Of a stretch of 16,792 bases of DNA, positions 15,117-16,792 are shown one piece after another. This DNA comes from Promethearchaeota archaeon (GTDB lineage Archaea; Asgardarchaeota; Lokiarchaeia; Sigyniarchaeales; SOKP01): positions 1-16,792 of the forward strand of contig JBHLPW010000050.1 of the NCBI GenBank assembly GCA_048939015.1, written 5' to 3'. The notes under the pieces are model-generated. The model searched no databases, was not told the DNA's origin, and worked only from the letters and a program-made list of their open reading frames with translations. Each line of letters begins with the position of its first letter. Within the stretch, counting starts at the first letter, position 1. The translations under genes were made by a program, and so were the position numbers.

Positions 15117-16792
15117 ATGAAAATAATAAATTTTATAAAGTTAAGAATTCATTTACTATTCTTACTCATTTCAGTATCTTCTCTCATTTTTATATATTTA
15201 AATTATATCAATATTAAAAGCTATGCATGGATTTCGAAAAACACATTTATTTTAATTCTACTTCAACTAACAATAAATTCAAGTGCGGTTTTTGCTGTAT
15301 TATTCTTACCTACTTATCCAATATTTTTTCTTTTAATGAAAAACAAGAATTATCATTTTCGAGAAATTTTAGGCATTTCAATCGTATCTAATTCATCTTT
15401 CTTCATAATAGCTGGATTTATTGGTTCATGGATTAAGATATCAATAACTTTTGAATATTTCTTTTTTTTAACGATCGTAACCTATTTTTCACTAATTTTG
15501 ATAACGATTTTTCGTGATCTACGGCGAAGTACAAGCAGTATCTTTAAAAAAGTACAAATTGTTGAAATAAAAGATGGTTTCAAATCAATATTTAAGTTAT
15601 TCCATAAATTTGGTTTCACGAGTGGATTACTCTTAATAATCTTCATAACACTATTTTGTATTTTAAATCTCGTAAACACAAGTTTTTTTGCAGGAACAGA
15701 TGTATGGCTTCACCTTTCATTAGTAAGATACATAAAAGAATTAAACGTTATTCCAATAGATCAGTACTATGGAGCATTTGGATTGCACATATTTGGTGTA
15801 GTGATTTATTATTTTTCGGGAATTAATTTGATAATACTACCTAAATGCTTTATTTTTTATACAGTTCCTTTATGTTCCTTAATTTTCTACAATATTTTCA
15901 TGAGAATATTTAAAAATAAGAATCTGGCTATACTTGGTGTCTTTTTATTAGTTTCATCATTTGGATTTTCTTGGTATATGATGGTCCAATTTTGGCCATC
16001 AGCCATTACATTAATACAAGGATTAGTTCTATTCTCTCTTTTTTATATAAGATTACAAGGATTTCTTGAGGAAAATGTTCCAGAAAGGGAAGATATATCA
16101 TCAAATATTCTATCTTTTTACATCTTATCTATATTTATATTCATAAGTTCTTTACTAACACATTCATTATTAATAATGATAATAATAACTTCTTATCTAT
16201 GGTTATATTTAATTTATTTTACTAAAAACTATAGGAGGGGATTTGATTTAATATTAATTTTAACATTTTTTAGTATTTTTTTTATCTTTTATTTTTTCAA
16301 TATTAGTACAGGTTATTTTCAAGTTTTTGACCCATTTAAGCTTATCCCATGGTATTACTTTCTTTTTGGATCATTAGGATTTGCATTTATAGTAGTGTTA
16401 ATTCTTTTACGTTATCGGAAATTAATGGATTTTTCCAAAGGAAAATATAAATCGATCATAACAGGCAAAAATAAAAAATTTTACAAAATAATTGAAAATA
16501 AAATTATATTTCCTTTAATTTTTTTTTTGACTTTCTTTCTCTCTATTGTTTTTACTCTTTTCAACATAGCAGTTATGAATATCTTTACAACATATATCAT
16601 TTATTTCATTGAGATGCTTTTAATTAGTTCTTTTGCAGTATGGGGAATCTTCCTTTTTCGATATAAACCAAGAGGTAAACCATTGTTTATTTGGGGTTTA
16701 GCATTAGATACTTTATTCTTTTTAATATTTTTATATGATGCGATAATTGGATTTACTACTTTTTTTTTAAGAGTATATTTTATAACAACTAT
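15117..16792 (+). CDS. Large polytopic membrane protein, probable GT-C fold glycosyltransferase (3'-truncated, at least 558 aa; absent from ORF track)
   Basis: Manual translation from ATG 15117 has no stop to the window end: MKIINFIKLRIHLL...LFLPTYP...FAGTDVWLHLSLVRYI...YYGAFGLHIF...QFWPS...SLLTHSL... It has many TM segments and a D-x-x-x-H loop motif after a TM helix. Confidence 0.8.
   Translation, partial: MKIINFIKLRIHLLFLLISVSSLIFIYLNYINIKSYAWISKNTFILILLQLTINSSAVFAVLFLPTYPIFFLLMKNKNYHFREILGISIVSNSSFFIIAGFIGSWIKISITFEYFFFLTIVTYFSLILITIFRDLRRSTSSIFKKVQIVEIKDGFKSIFKLFHKFGFTSGLLLIIFITLFCILNLVNTSFFAGTDVWLHLSLVRYIKELNVIPIDQYYGAFGLHIFGVVIYYFSGINLIILPKCFIFYTVPLCSLIFYNIFMRIFKNKNLAILGVFLLVSSFGFSWYMMVQFWPSAITLIQGLVLFSLFYIRLQGFLEENVPEREDISSNILSFYILSIFIFISSLLTHSLLIMIIITSYLWLYLIYFTKNYRRGFDLILILTFFSIFFIFYFFNISTGYFQVFDPFKLIPWYYFLFGSLGFAFIVVLILLRYRKLMDFSKGKYKSIITGKNKKFYKIIENKIIFPLIFFLTFFLSIVFTLFNIAVMNIFTTYIIYFIEMLLISSFAVWGIFLFRYKPRGKPLFIWGLALDTLFFLIFLYDAIIGFTTFFLRVYFITT

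Noticed and set aside
15482-15679. 65-aa minus-strand ORF
   Set aside because: Shadow of the long plus-strand membrane protein starting at 15117.

Overview
Very AT-rich, gene-dense window carrying a surface-glycan biosynthesis and tailoring locus. It is probably archaeal and Asgard/Lokiarchaeia-like, inferred from composition, frequent strand switching, GGTGA-like ribosome-binding sites and non-ATG starts; no marker gene is present. There are 15 genes: a B12-binding-like radical SAM enzyme, an AT3 O-acyltransferase, an NDP-sugar block (rmlD, rmlC, an extended SDR, rmlA), an ABC-2 exporter pair, two SAM methyltransferases, an alkaline-phosphatase-superfamily 'sulfatase-like' enzyme, three GT2 glycosyltransferases (two are gap-free paralogues) and a large GT-C-like membrane protein that the ORF track missed and that runs off the right end. 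The best candidate for something new is the rml block. It has no RmlB dehydratase, and the SDR in its place resembles the Cj1427-type C4-dehydrogenase family, suggesting a route to a 6-hydroxy L-hexose such as dTDP-L-mannose rather than L-rhamnose. Also notable are likely ATT and CTG start codons, a Thr-nucleophile 'sulfatase' and a radical SAM with a degenerate cobalamin pocket. No RNA genes, CRISPR arrays or mobile elements were recognised.
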